A stretch of DNA of 58,826 nt, filler included, from Dugesia japonica (taxonomy: Eukaryota), in NCBI GenBank assembly GCA_001938525.1. It is 5 parts of 5 records of this genome, joined end to end, with 100 filler letters (N's around TTAATTAATTAA, not from the genome) between each part and the next. Parts side by side here need not be neighbours in the genome. Positions count along the whole stretch, not along the records: positions 1 to 14,080 come from MQRL01540625.1; positions 14,181 to 25,269 come from MQRL01587946.1; positions 25,370 to 36,844 come from MQRL01592784.1; 2 more parts are not named here. One strand, given 5' to 3'. Below the pieces are notes generated by a model, which searched no databases, was not told the origin of the DNA, and saw only the letters and a program-made list of their open reading frames with translations. Below are positions 13,306 to 26,389 of the stretch, one piece after another. The position numbers and the translations under genes are program-made. Position 1 is the first letter of the stretch, and each line of letters opens with the position of its first letter.

Positions 13306-13844
13306 ATTCAATTCTGAGAATAATCAAATGCAAATTAATGTATTTGTAAAGTATTTAAATCAACACGCAAGCACTATTCCTACCCGCATTGTGCTGTTGA
13401 TACACGTATTACAGATAAAAGCAAAAGACAAGCTGTGCAAACTTTAAAATAGCAGTTGCACAGTCAGTACTTTGTAAGAAGATGCAATGTTTACTGTAAG
13501 GTATCTGAATTGCTGACTGTGTGTTACCTACATTGTTAGTAACAAACCTTTTACAAGTGCGTGTGCATGTACATGTAGTATATAATATTTATAGTTGGGT
13601 ACATATACTAGGACAACACAGCTAAGTTGATTGGTTGTTGAATTTGGTTAATGGTGCTTTGTTTATGTGAGTGAGTGTTTGTATGCAAGCACATATACTA
13701 GTTACTAGTTACAGCTGAGTGATGGCTGCAAATAAATTGTCAAAACGCTAATGTCCACATATCCATAGAGCACCCATTCACTGTCCACTTTCTTCCTTTT
13801 TTACCAATAAATTTTCCTTGTGTCAGAATTTGTTTTACTTTTAA

Positions 13845-14080
13845 AAACTGAACCGCCGCCATTTTGAAAGATATCATTTTGAAAATATCATTAATCTTCC
13901 TAAAATTAAAAACTACCTATACAACATATAAAGTACTTGCATCGCAAAATGCATCGATTCGCGAGAAACCCTATGTCCGCACTGAACCGTATACAGTTTT
14001 TCGCCTATATGGTCTATAATTTTTATCGGATCAAATCAAACTTGACATCATTAGACGCGCATTAGTGAGCCACGCAATGT
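13845..14080 (+). repeat. Dispersed non-coding repeat; inverted related copy at ~14820-15075
   Basis: ATCAAATCAAACTTG..TTAGACGCGC..TAGTGAGCCAC and its reverse complement near 14990-15040. Confidence 0.65.
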
Positions 14081-14180
14081 NNNNNNNNNNNNNNNNNNNN
14101 NNNNNNNNNNNNNNNNNNNNNNNNTTAATTAATTAANNNNNNNNNNNNNNNNNNNNNNNNNNNNNNNNNNNNNNNNNNNN
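14081..14180. other. Artificial contig spacer 44N-TTAATTAATTAA-44N
   Basis: Six-frame stop linker, exactly 100 nt. Confidence 0.97.
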
Positions 14181-14514
14181 TAACAAACACCATGTTATTT
14201 CAGATGAAAACACAGAGTGGTTATACATTGATATAAACAATTTGTATGGTTGGGTTTTGAGCCAGAAGTTACCATACAAAGATTTTGAATGGGTATATTG
14301 TGGATTAGAAGAAGTTTTAGAAGAATGTANNNNNNNNNNNNNNNNNNNNNNNNNNNNNNNNNNNNNNNNNNNNNNNNNNNNNNNNNNNNNNAATGAACTT
14401 CACGATTATCTCAGCGACTTACCCATTGCAGCCGAACATCAATGTGCTCCAGGAAGCAAGGTCAAAAAATTAATGTTGACTCATTCACTGATTCACAGTC
14501 AAATGTGGAAATAA
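14181..14514 (+). mobile_element. Polinton-type protein-primed polB fragment
   Basis: YIDINNLYGWVLSQKLPYKDFEW and ELHDYLSDLPIAAEH...KVKKLMLT. Confidence 0.85.
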
Positions 14515-15832
14515 ATTATTGATAAAGACATATTGATTGAACTATAAATGAAAAAAAAAATTGTTAAAAAATTTTCTTGTTAAACAATTTTTATGTAAAA
14601 AAAATATTTCTTGTTAAAAAAGTTTTGTTAAAAATAAAATATACGCTAAAAAAAACTTTTTTACTAATTTTCAACCGGAAGGAAGCATTTTAAGATACAA
14701 GTTCATGAGACATTCCTATCTTAATTTTTCATTTTACATCTACTCATAAATTTTCAACCCAATCGTACGTCATCAGGGAAGGGAGGCGGTGGTTCAGAGC
14801 GACATACTTTTTGTGGTAAATTGGAGCATTTTACGATACAAGTACTTTATATGATGTTAGGTAGTTTTTAATTTTAGGAAGATTGGTGCTTTTTCAAAAC
14901 GATATCTTTCAAAATGGAGGTGGTTCAGGTTTTAAAAATTTAATAACTTTTTATAGACGCCCCCCACATACACCAGAAATGTATAACATTGTGTGGCTCA
15001 CTATTGCGCGTCTAACAACACCAAGTTTGATTTGATCCAATAAAAATTGTAGACAATACCATCGGAAAACTGTGCAAAATTAAATTAAATTCTAAAAATA
15101 GTAACAANNNNNNNNNNNNNNNGACATACTTTTTGTGGTAAATTGGAGCATTTTACGATACAAGTTCATGAGACATTCCTATCTTACTTTTTAATTTTAG
15201 GAGGAATGGTGTAAAAAAACAATTTTTAAAAATTAATAAAAAAAATAAAAAATAAAAAATTAAAAAATAAAAAAAAAATTTTAAAAAAAATTAAAAAGAA
15301 TTTCTAAAAAAAAATTTAAAAAAAATTTCTAAAAATAGTAACTTGTCCAGGGGGAAATTCACGACAAAATTTGAAATTTTAAACAAAATAAGTTTTACCG
15401 TCGATTTTCTATGAAAGATCTATAAAAATCATTAAATCACTTAATTTAAATTAAAATCTAAAAAAACCGTAAATTTAAACCAATCATAAAATCAATTAAT
15501 TTAAACAAAAAAATCATTAATCTCATTTAATTTAAATAAAAATCGTTAATTTCACTTAATTTAAACAAAAAACAAATGACCTTGATCCTAATACTCTACG
15601 ATGACCTCGTCTGAACACATCGATGACTCATCAAAAATTGAGACCAGTTGACTTAGACATTAAAAATTTCCGCCAATCAAAACGTTTAAAATCGGGGCCA
15701 CTTGATCTTAAAATTAAGGTCAATAAAAAACCCTAAAAACGTGTGTGCAATCAATATAAACACTAAAAATTGAGGCCAGCAAAAATTTTCTCCCTGGAGG
15801 GGGTGGCCCCGTGTGCTACTATCCATCCACAA

Positions 15833-16267
15833 ATGTCCAACGATATACCAGAAATCTTAGATTTTCTAAAAACACTTGGAATTTTTACAACTACAAATTT
15901 TGATCTTTAATCTATTGCCAACTTTTTAAAAATACCATTGGAAATTTACATGCAAAATAAGTTGCCTTCTCATTTTGAAAATAATATGAATTATATTTTT
16001 AATTATCAAAATACAAATCAAAATGGAACTCATTGGGTTGCAATGAAGAATAAACATTATTTTGACTCTTTTGGTTTAAAACCATTTCATGAAGATCTTG
16101 ATAAGCATGAGGAAAAATTTAATGAAATTCAAGTTCAACCTTTTGAAACAAGAATTTGTGGAGTACTTTGTATTTATTTTTTGTATAGCTTTCCAGAAAA
16201 ATCTTTTGATGATATTGTTTCTGAAATAAATGAATATGTTTGGAAAAAGGTTACAGGTGAGGAATGA
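15833..16267 (+). pseudogene. Polinton adenain-like cysteine protease (one in-frame stop near 15907)
   Basis: TNFDL, GTHWVA (His), YFDSFG (Asp), IQ..ICGVLCIYFL (Cys). Confidence 0.85.
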
Positions 16268-16920
16268 AAAAAAAATTATGAATAATTTTTATGCTAAATT
16301 AAGAATACAGAATGCAAGTAATGAAAAAAGATTTGTAAATGAATCTGGTGACACTGTTAAATTTCTAAAAATTCTTGATGACCCTAAAGATGAATTGGGT
16401 GCAGTAAATTTAAAATTTTTAAAGGAAGTTTTAAAAAATCAACAAAATCAAATTAATTTACTTTAAAGTAAATTTGTAAATGTGTCTGGTGACACTATTA
16501 AAACCTAAAATATTACTGATGATCCTAAACACAATCTCAATGCTGTAAATTTAAAAAATATTAAGAAAATAAAAATTCCTAATGACCCTAAAGATGAAGA
16601 CGATCCAGTAAATTATAAATTTCTTAAAAAATTTATTTTTAATTTTTTTTTCCAAATAAAAGATGATGTTGAAGGTTTTAAAAAAAATTGAAAATTTAAA
16701 ACTAAAATTTTTATTTTTAAAAAACAAATTGATCCTTTATTTCCTTGGGAAGAGGAATATCAAAAGATAAAAAATCATCTTCACCCAGAACATGTGAAAA
16801 AAATTAATAAAAATTTAGAAATATTTAAAACAATTAAATCTCCAGAGGCATTAGAAAAATTTAAAGAATTAGTTGATAATTATTTACTGTGGGATGATGT
16901 TTACTTAGAATTATTTGTGT
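16230..16920 (+). pseudogene. Polinton accessory ORF with repeated FVNxSGDT and DPKxxxxxVNxK motifs (fibre-like), disrupted
   Basis: FVNESGDT..DDPKDELGAVNLK; FVNVSGDT..DDPKHNLNAVNLK; NDPKDEDDPVNYK; internal stops. Confidence 0.5.
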
Positions 16921-17442
16921 TTTAAAATTTTTTTTTTACTTAAAAATGAAAATAAATTTCCATATTATTCTGTTGAAAAAATTTACGTAAGTTTAGAAAA
17001 AGTAATAATAAATGGATGGTGGGAATATCTTAATGAAAACCTATTTTTTTTCTAACCGGCCCTTTAAAACTTTTTTTAAAATCCAAAATAGGTGTAGGTC
17101 CAGTATGTATTTTTATTTCTGGATATACTAAAATACCTAAAATTAGTATTACTATTAATTTTTTTGGTTCTGATGAGATTTTAGATTTTACTTATGAAAA
17201 ACTAGGAAAATTTTAATTAGAAATAAACACCTTAAATTTAAAGAAGGGTAGAAGTGGTATTGATTTTCCAAATAATAAAATATTCGAAGTTATAATTAAT
17301 ATTGTGGAAAGCGTAGAAAAAAAATTTTTCATTTATTTTTACCGGGAAATATTTATATTAATAACCTTCTTATTTTTCATGGTTGTCCTAAAGATGTAAC
17401 AAAAAAAACATTTGATGAATTATAAATTTATCGGTATATAAA

Positions 17443-17607
17443 ATGGCAGAAGAATCCTTATATCCAGATTAAAANAATTATCAACAGGAAATAAATAATT
17501 ATACACTTGAAGATCTAAAATCAAAATTGTCATCTCTAAGAATTAAAGATTTTGAAAATGACCTATATTTTATAAATGATAAAAAAACACTATCGAAAAA
17601 TTTATAG
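17443..17607 (+). pseudogene. Possible N-terminus of a small conserved Polinton ORF (PW-like)
   Basis: MAEESLYPD...LSSLRIKDFE; resemblance from memory only; truncated. Confidence 0.3.
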
Positions 17608-17689
17608 TAAATGGAGCGCCGCCGATGAAGGAATAAAAGTTGGAGAAATTTTAATTGAAACTGGCGTTGCCATTGTAGGTGTAATTTTT

Positions 17690-20311
17690 GCAACTCCAAA
17701 TATACTTCAAATCAACCTCATAGAGAAAATTATAGTCATCACTTGACTTTTCATAGTTTAAATCCTCGCATTCTATGAATTCACCTGTTTGAAGAGGTTT
17801 TGTCATGCATGCAGAGTCTAAGGAATTTTCATCAAGATATTTTAAAAAAGTCTCCTCAAAATAATCCTCTGAAAATAGGTATTTTCCCTCTAAAAATAAT
17901 TGTAGTTAGTTATTCATTTCACTTTGTGTTATTCTTTTAGAACTTTTGTTATTGTTGTGAGTAAAGACTTGTCTCTCACCTGTTACTGCTGATACTCCAC
18001 CCCGANTTCCTCGTTCATTTTTTAAAAAGTAATTATAACTTTCCTCATTCGCATATTTTAACCAAATCTCCGTAAATTTAATTCCAGCCACCCATGCAAG
18101 TCCTGGGGCTGAGTAACAACAATTATGGATCAATCTCATAATAATCTAAAGATTTTCAAATAATCGAAGATTTTCAAAGAAATCTGCAAGGATTAATACA
18201 TCAATCTTCATGTAGTGAAGCATGTAATCCCAGATATTTCCAAATTCTTTAAATTCTTCGAGAAATTTATCATATTCTTTATTATTTTAATTTTTTTCGT
18301 TTTAACTTGTTGTAAAAATCTTCTTGTGTGGAATTCTATTCTGTAATATTATGTCCCTTTACATATTCATATGGAAATGATATTTTTTTCACTTTAAGAT
18401 TGAAAGATTTTAAATGTGGAAAATTATCATTTTCATTTAAGATTTCATCCATTTTTTCTATGGATGTGTTGGTGCACATTCTGCTTGAATCAAGAAATCT
18501 AATTCTTTTAAATCTAAAAGAAATATATTTCTCATCATTGTGTGGTATAATTCCTTTAATATCGTTTGGGTGTTTTTCTAAAAGTTCCCTAAAGAAAAGA
18601 TGATTATCATAACCAGATGCGTGATGAAAGTAAAATGGTACAAAGAAATTTTTCTTGATATTTTTATATATTTTATTGCAAAACTCGTGTGCGCCACCCA
18701 TGAATTATCCAGTGAAATAATTATAAACTACTTCTATATTTTCCCCTAGGGTTTTTAAAAACATTCATCTTTTAAAATTCTAGGTTGTTGTTTAGTTCTG
18801 TTTATTTCTAGTATCTCATTTCGTTTTTCGTTTAACTCTTCTAAAAATTTTNNNNNNNNNNNNNNNNNNNNNNNNNNNNNNNNNNNNNNNNNNNNNNNNN
18901 NNNNNNNNNNNNNNNNNNNNNNNNNNNNNNNNNNNNNNNNNNNNNNNNNNNNNTGTTTTTTATCATCTGTGTAGGTATACGCCTCAAAATCAGCATAAAC
19001 CACAAATGGAATCTTATTCATAAAATGGAATTCTCTAAATGTATAATATTTATTTGTCTACTAGTTAATTTGTATTGACCTTTGATGAACACACTCCCTT
19101 TGATGTTTCTCAAGTCTTTCTTTAGAGGAATATACATTTATACAATTTATACACAAATAATTTTTATTTCCACTAGCACTAATAAATTAGTTTAAATTTT
19201 TACATAGAATATAGTGGTTTTTATAAAGTAACAAATTACATTTATTTTCATTTTGATTTGGTTTGCAATCAAAATGAGAAATATTAATTGATTGAGGAGT
19301 TGTGTTTGCATTTTTAATTTCAAAAACATTAATTTTCCAATTATTTAATCTTTCAAATAATTTTCTATCTTCAACTTTCACTGGAAAATTAATATTGGTT
19401 AAATTAAATTCATTTATATGTTTTGTATAATTACTTACGCGTGTTGGGTGTTCATATGTATATTTATGTGCTAAGATGGAATATAGGAAACATTTATCAT
19501 CATCATTTTTAATGTTAACAATTCCTCTTTTAACAAATGGTAATTTTTTATATGTTAAACCAGCAAGTGATTTATAAATACCAAGTCTTATTTTAAAGTC
19601 AACTATATACATTACACCCCAACCGCTCTCTTTTTTATTCTCCTCTTGAATATGTCCTTCTAATTCATTTATTAGTGAATATGTGATATATTCAATTTCA
19701 TATCCTATTGTTATTCTTTTACTGTTACAATAAGATATGAAAATTCTTTCTGTTAAAATGTTATTTATAATTTTTGAATATTTTGCATTCGCAGAAAGAT
19801 CAACGAAAATTCTTTTTCCATATTTAAAAAATTTTCTAATAATTGTTTCAATATCATCTTGATAATTAAAAATTTTACTTTTAAAAAAATCAACATCTCT
19901 TCTCAAAATAACTCCAGAATCATCAAAATACTCAATAGCATAATCTTCATATTCAGGATCTGTAAATAACTCATGTATTTTTGGTTCGTCTTCTTTTTCT
20001 CCTGGACGTTCATCAAATAAATCAATTATTAAATCCACTTCATTTTCCTTGTGTGTTCTTCCTGCATAGTGTTCTTTTGCTTTTTTCTGATTAGAAAATT
20101 TTAAAGAGCAAATATGACAATATAAGCTCACACAAGTTTGTGAATTTACATGCTCTGTTAAATCTCTTAATGATATAAATCTGTTCTTACATTTTTCACA
20201 TTTCTATTTTAAAACTGCTGAACATTTTTTATAATTTAGATTTGTTGAAAGACCCGACTTCTTTTTGAACACTTTATCACAATTAGGACATTTAATTATT
20301 GCTGCTTCCAT
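17690..20311 (-). pseudogene. Polinton protein-primed DNA polymerase B with N-terminal C2H2 fingers; degraded and 3'-truncated
   Basis: CPNC, CEKC..H, CHIC..H fingers; ESGW; IVNIKNDDDKCFLYSILAH; PFVVYADFEA; GGAHEFCN; FHHASGYDNHL; FLDS; FPYEY; SAPGLAW; RGGVS. Confidence 0.9.
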
Positions 20312-20439
20312 TTATTAAATAAATATTTTAATCATATTTATAAAATTTTTAAGCCACCGTTTTTTAGCCATAAAAAATTTGAGGGGGTGTGGGATATCTC
20401 TTAAAGAGGAAATTCAATTTCGGTTTTTTTATGAAAATT

Positions 20440-20750
20440 TTTATGTTTTATGAAAAATCGCGAATTGTGAATTTTTTATGTAAAATCATGAACCGTGATT
20501 TTTTTTATGTAAAATCATGAATCGTGAATTTTTTTTGTAAAATCATGAACCGTGAATTTTTTATGTAAAATCATGAATCGTGAATTTTTTATGTAAAATC
20601 ATGAACCGTGAATTTTTTATGTAAAATCATGAATCGTGAATTTTTTATGTAAAATCATGAATCGTGAATTTTTTATGTAAAATCATGAATCGCGAATTTT
20701 TTATGTTTTATGAAAAATCCAAATCGTGAATTTTTTATGTTTTATTTAAA
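20440..20750 (+). repeat. ~29-bp tandem array (TTTTTTATGTAAAATCATGAA(T/C)CGTGAA), about 10 units, subterminal to the Polinton
   Basis: Direct reading. Confidence 0.9.
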
Positions 20751-21109
20751 ATCGAAAATTTTGGATTTTACCCCTCAAAGGCTTAAATGAGCGTTTTTAC
20801 TAATACTAACGCTGTCTATGAAATTAACTATTATATTAATACGGTTGATTCAGCAATGATCTTTAGACCCATGTTCTACAGATTTAAAATTCATTTAGTG
20901 TCAACCAGACCCAAAAGTGGGTCTTGATTAATCCAACACAAATGATCATAAGACGGACTAACCCTCTGATCCGCTGGACCCGAAGGGCAGAGAATCACTG
21001 AAACCAAACCGAGAACGGATAAGAAACATCCGACGAGAAATGCTTGTGGTTTTCACGAGTATACCCATAAAATTAAAATTTGACTGAAATAAACCGCGGA
21101 AACCTAAAA

Positions 21110-21133
21110 TTATATTATTATTATTATTTATTA

Positions 21134-21179
<46 letters not shown>
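21110..21179 (+). repeat. (TTA)n microsatellite
   Basis: Direct reading. Confidence 0.9.
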
Positions 21180-21180
<1 letters not shown>

Positions 21181-21320
21181 AATGTATAATACAAAACTTT
21201 GAATGAATGATGAACATATGTTTTAAGTATGTCTTAATCATTATCCCTTGAATACCGGATATCACATGGATATTCATTATAAATTATACAATAGTGCATT
21301 ATTTATTTATTTATTTGTAA

Positions 21321-22072
21321 ATGAGATCACTGAATATATTAAGTAAAAAATATGCTTTTCTGAGTTATTATTATATAATGGAAATTAGTTTTTCTAGTTT
21401 TACCTTTTGATTTTATCTCAGCACTTTTTGTTAACCCAATTTCGAAATTTCCGTTTCTCATTGATTCACTTTTTCATCTTCAAATTTTCCAAGATCAAAA
21501 CAATGGAAAATTATCAATTCTTGCAGGCGACACAATGGTTATTCGAATTGTTAACAGGTCGGAAATACTCAAACAACAACAAGTTCTTCATTATGGAATA
21601 AAAGACTCTATAGAAAATGAGATTAAAGGAGAATTTATGGACATCAAAATTTGGGAAGTCAATAAAAATGGTTCAGCAATAGAATTATCGATTTTGTTTA
21701 AAAGAAAATCTAATTATAACATTTTTGAAATCTATTTCATTGATGCTTCGTCAAAGGTGTTATTGCGTAAAAAATTAAACAATCTCAAGTTGGCAAAATT
21801 AATTTACCAAGAAACTATCAAATTATACAAACCGTCATCATTAAAATTGATAATAAACACAATCACAACAAATTTCTCTCAATGGAACATTAATGATACG
21901 ATTGTTGCGATTTGTCGAGCATATGACGGGATTCCTGTGGAAATTCCAATTTTTGAAAATTTTGATAAATTTCAACAAGTTAAAAGTAGTTTGTCATTGG
22001 AAAGAAATGAAAGAAAAATAACATTTAAAGTTCAAAGAAAAAATCATTTCACAAATTTGCGATGTGTTGCTG
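21321..22072 (+). CDS. Candidate immunoglobulin-superfamily gene: exon 21321-21342, 55-nt intron, exon 21398-22072
   Basis: MRSLNILILPFDFISA leader; 675-nt stop-free phase 1-1 exon; C2-set-like pattern ICRAYDGIP...ITFKVQRKNHFTNLRCVA ending at donor G|GTAAAG. Confidence 0.5.
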
Positions 22073-22377
22073 GTAAAGCATTCAAAACTCACCTAATCAA
22101 AGTTTTACGTAGATTTTAATTTTAATTCTTTTAATAATTTATAAAATTAATAATATCGCATTTATCCGAAAAAAAGCCGCCTTTAAATATATGCACTAAA
22201 TTTCTTTCCTGGTCATTATTTTCAATTTGATTTGCTTACTCAATCGACGGTTCATTTATTATAATTTTTTATTTAAGAAGTTCAATAAACTTGTTAATAT
22301 ACTTTATTTAAAAAAACGTTTAATTAAATAAATACACTTATTATAATACTGATAACAATATTACTAAAAGATTTATT

Positions 22378-22703
22378 TCATGACATAAAGCTTGTTTTTT
22401 TATTCTTTGGGAGCTCAATTCCGCTTGGAATTGTCGATTTTTCTGATTTGATTTTCTTCAAAATATCGTCAATATTGGACTGAATTTCTTTGAGGACTTC
22501 AATGACTTGTTCATCAGAATTAGCAGGCATAGGAACAGCTACTTCGAAAACATCATTCAAAATTTCTGAATATTATTAAAATCCAGATGGTATCATATCT
22601 GGGATGATTTTCTTCATTAGATTCTCAATCTGATTGATCAAATTTGTATAAACTACATCATTATAATCAATCAGACGAGAATAATAATTTAAACAAATTA
22701 AAT
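22378..22703 (-). pseudogene. Terminal-exon-like remnant of an unknown gene (two adjacent stops; AATAAA right after the final TGA)
   Basis: LICLNYYSRLIDYNDVVYTNLINQIENLMKKIIPDMIPSGF**YSEILNDVFEVAVPMPANSDEQ...SFMS*. Confidence 0.35.
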
Positions 22704-22704
22704 C

Positions 22705-25269
22705 TATTATTTTATTAATTTGTTTTTTGAAATAAAAGAATACTTTTTATTTTCTATTGTAATTTTCAATGTGAAAATTTGAAAATAAGAGAAAATTAAA
22801 ATTATGTATAAACAAATATACGATAGTATTTTAAAAATGGGGTTATGTTCCTGAAATATGAAATTCCCAAAAACCTGCAGAATTCTGTATATTGGAGATT
22901 GCACATTTTGTTACAAAATTTATTTATTAAACTCTTTGGTACACCAATTTTCTGAATAACTTGGTAAGTCTAAGGTGGAATAGTTCCTATAGATCATATT
23001 ACACAGGGTGCAATTCTATATAGTAACCAGATTTTGCTAATTGTATCTTGTTTTTTTAAATTATTCTATTTTATTTTATTTCCTTGATCTATTTTTAAGA
23101 AGCCTTCAATTGAGTCAATAGGACATTTACATCAACTAGAAATATTCTTTTCCTTTCTAAATCACTAATCATAATATCAACGCGTTCTAATGAGTCTGGA
23201 ACCAGAGAACAATTATGATCAATTACGATTATTAAATCAGGGGATTTTAAATATTGTAAAAATTATTTCAATGCATGCATTATGACGCTTTGTTCCTAAT
23301 GATTTGTTAATATCACAACTTTGTAGAAAATTTGTGACATTGTTTCATTGTGAGAATGACATCGTCGACATAGTCTTTCATCAGAAGTAATGATATGTGG
23401 TCGAACATTTATCGAAAGTGTATTTGTGCGTTCTTTTTGTAAAAAATTCCATTCAAATTCACCTAGAACACTGCGAAAGATTAGTTTATTGACATCTGGA
23501 CTAAGACGCACCGCATCAGATAAAATGTTGCTATTATTACTTTTATGCCATATTATTGAGTAAGAGTCAGATATGATTTCATGTAGTAGAAAGGCAACTT
23601 GTTTTCTGCTGTCACTGTTTACAGTAACCGTTCCATTGGGCATATTAATACGCAATAGTGTACCTTTCATTTCAACTGCAAATATAATGGTTATGTCATG
23701 AACTCTTTTAAAGTATTCAGTTGCCGTTCTCAGATGCATAAACCGTGTTTTTGTCACTTTGTAATTTTTTCTACTAACTTTACCATTAATCCAGTCAAAA
23801 CTTTGAGATAAAATCGGTACCTTTATCTCTAATCTTGATAAAGCAGCAATTATAAGAGACTCATGATTAATTGTTTTAATATAGTCACAATTAGTAGTAA
23901 ATAATCTAAAGAATTGTACAATACTTTGAAAATGGTAATCATCAAGAAGATCAATACACCCCGCTCCATCCATTTCTGTTGCTTTGCAAAAATAAGCAAT
24001 TTCAGAATGATCAGATAGATTCATCATTTTTCGAAGTTGTATTCAAAGTTTACTAGTAGAATTACAACTACATTTGCTGTTACCAAAATGAATAGATAAT
24101 GCACTCGTTTTGATTTCACGAGTTCTAAAAGGAAAAGTAAGACGAGAATGTAAAAACAGCTTGTAAGCTTTCAGTTTTGCCAACCAAACAGTTCACAATT
24201 TGCCTTGTTTAACACCTTTTTTAATTGTAATTTTGCTTGTAAGAATAGGACCACAACTATAGTAGCTATTTGTAAAAGAGTAGCAGTTTTTAGGAATATT
24301 AACAATATCATGACTCACTCCAATAACACGAAAAATAAACCACAAATATTCATGTGGTACTAAAATCATCTTTTATAGTTACAGGATAATTTGTCTTACT
24401 TCTTGAGTGTTCAAGTGCAGAAGATAAGATGGAGTTATGTTCAACGTAGCCTTCGTGTTCAGAACCTTCTTTTTGACCAATACATAGCAAATTATTATAC
24501 TTTGTCCCATCAGTTAATCTACATGTCAAGACTGAAGCGAATAATTTGTAAATTACAGAAAGCATAGCTATCGGTCTCCAAGATGAGATTTTTCATATTT
24601 ACCGTCTTTATTTGGTTTTCGGATAAGAAAAGTTTTGAACGATTTCCACTGTGATAGAATATGACCAGTCAAGATAATTTTGTTGAAAAAATGAGTAAGA
24701 AGTTTACCTATATAATCTAAGTTGGAAATATCTCTATAATAAATACCATCAATACCTGGTGTAGTATTTTTGGCACGTCTAAGTTCATGTAAGATTTCTT
24801 CAGAATAAAATAATTCAAGATTTAATGGAGTGTTTGAAGTTTTACAAAATGGTCTAATATTTTCCCAATTATTTGAAGTANNNNNNNNNNNNNNNNNNNN
24901 NNNNNNNNNNNNNNNNNNNNNNNNNNNNNNTAATTCAAGATTTAATGGAGTGTTTGAAGTTTTACAAAATGGTCTAATATTTTCCCAATTATTTGAAGTA
25001 GGATGAAGGTGAGTAAAATTATTAATAATGTCGTCATATTTAGGTCTATCAGAGATAGTATTTCCATTAAGAATATAATCAACTGTAAGCTTCATATTTA
25101 TGTTAAATCCAGTTCTTAGTTGCTTTTATCAAGCGTTTTAATTAAAGATTTAATACCAAGATACTGTTGTTTAGCATTTTTTAATTTAATAACATGAGGA
25201 AATTGTTGATAGATAATATCTAGTGTTTCATCAGAAGTAAGATTTTTAGTAATATTAATTAGATTATTA
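22705..25269 (-). mobile_element. RLE-type non-LTR retrotransposon (NeSL/R2-like), degraded, RT core partly deleted
   Basis: TPGIDGIYY, WKSFKTFLIRKP, IYKLFASVL, GVKQG; CRRCHSHNETMSQI knuckle; RHN, RVDI, LVDV restriction-like endonuclease motifs; ORF ends FWEFHISGT* at 22843. Confidence 0.85.
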
Positions 25270-25369
25270 NNNNNNNNNNNNNNNNNNNNNNNNNNNNNNN
25301 NNNNNNNNNNNNNTTAATTAATTAANNNNNNNNNNNNNNNNNNNNNNNNNNNNNNNNNNNNNNNNNNNN
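25270..25369. other. Artificial contig spacer
   Basis: 44N-TTAATTAATTAA-44N. Confidence 0.97.
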
Positions 25370-26389
25370 AATTCGTCAACACTGATGTGTTGAGGTGGGT
25401 ACTCAGAGTAAGATAACAATAACTGATGATAGAATTGAGTAGCAACGATGAAAAGTCAATGATAGATGTGAACACAAATAAGTCTTGTATAAACTTTTTA
25501 CTATGATAAAACGAGAAATTCACGAAAAGTGATAATTGTGGCTAATCTTGATTCTTTCATATTTTTATTTGTTTAAATTCATAAAGATTGTACATAGTTT
25601 ATGAATTTATGTTTACATTATTTGAATTACTTAAATAATGAATTTTCTATGATTGTATAAATAAATGGTTTTTTATGAAGCTTTATTAAATAGAATATTA
25701 CTTTTCAAATTTAAAATTTAGTAATGAAGTTTTGAGTAAATAAAAAAATTTTCAATGAAGTTTCGTTAAATGAATACTATTGTATAAAAAAGACTTTTCT
25801 AATAATAATTTATTAAATGAATACTAGTAAACTATAAATGCATATCAAATTCGTATTGATTCTATTTTAATTATAGGAATAATACTTTTATAACGGAATC
25901 TTAACCACCGAATACTATTGAAATTGTAACTGTTTAACAATTTTATATTACCACTGTTTTGGTTCTTTGATTAATAATTCTCTAGTAAAACTCGAATAAG
26001 TGAATGTTAATAAACTGTAAATGATTTTAGTTATTTGAACAAACAAAATGTAATTAAATTTACTGCTAAACTAAATTAATTAATTATTAGTAATCGGTCA
26101 TTATGAATTAACCAGTTAACCGTGGAATTTATTTATTGCAATTGTGTAATCATGAATAATGTACAGAGAAATCACGATATACAAGTAAAGTACGGGGAAT
26201 ATCAGATGCATCAGGAAAACATTAAATCTTACTGAAATTTTGAGTTTTTATATCGAATGATAATTTTTTATTTTACATTACGTATTTACACACCAACTCT
26301 ATCCTAACGAAGATTTGGATTGACGTGCATACATGTCGATCGCAGTTAACTAGTTAATTTCAATTATTTATTTCATATTTTTATAACTG

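Larger units (their letters stand above)
15833..20807. mobile_element. Partial Polinton/Maverick with putative right terminus ...ACTAATACT at 20807
   Basis: Protease and polB, subterminal tandem repeats, reverse-complement end AGTATTAGT close to the Polinton AGTAGT-type terminus; no integrase, capsid or ATPase recognised. Confidence 0.7.

Noticed and set aside
13845-15075. Large inverted repeat enclosing the polB fragment
   Set aside because: The arms lie on different contigs across an artificial spacer.
20440-20750. 29-bp array as a CRISPR array
   Set aside because: Head-to-tail units with no unique spacers, eukaryotic context, no cas genes.
24811-25000. Direct repeats flanking N gaps (also 32287-32400 and ~14802/15123)
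   Set aside because: Identical sequence on both sides of a gap indicates unmerged contig overlap.
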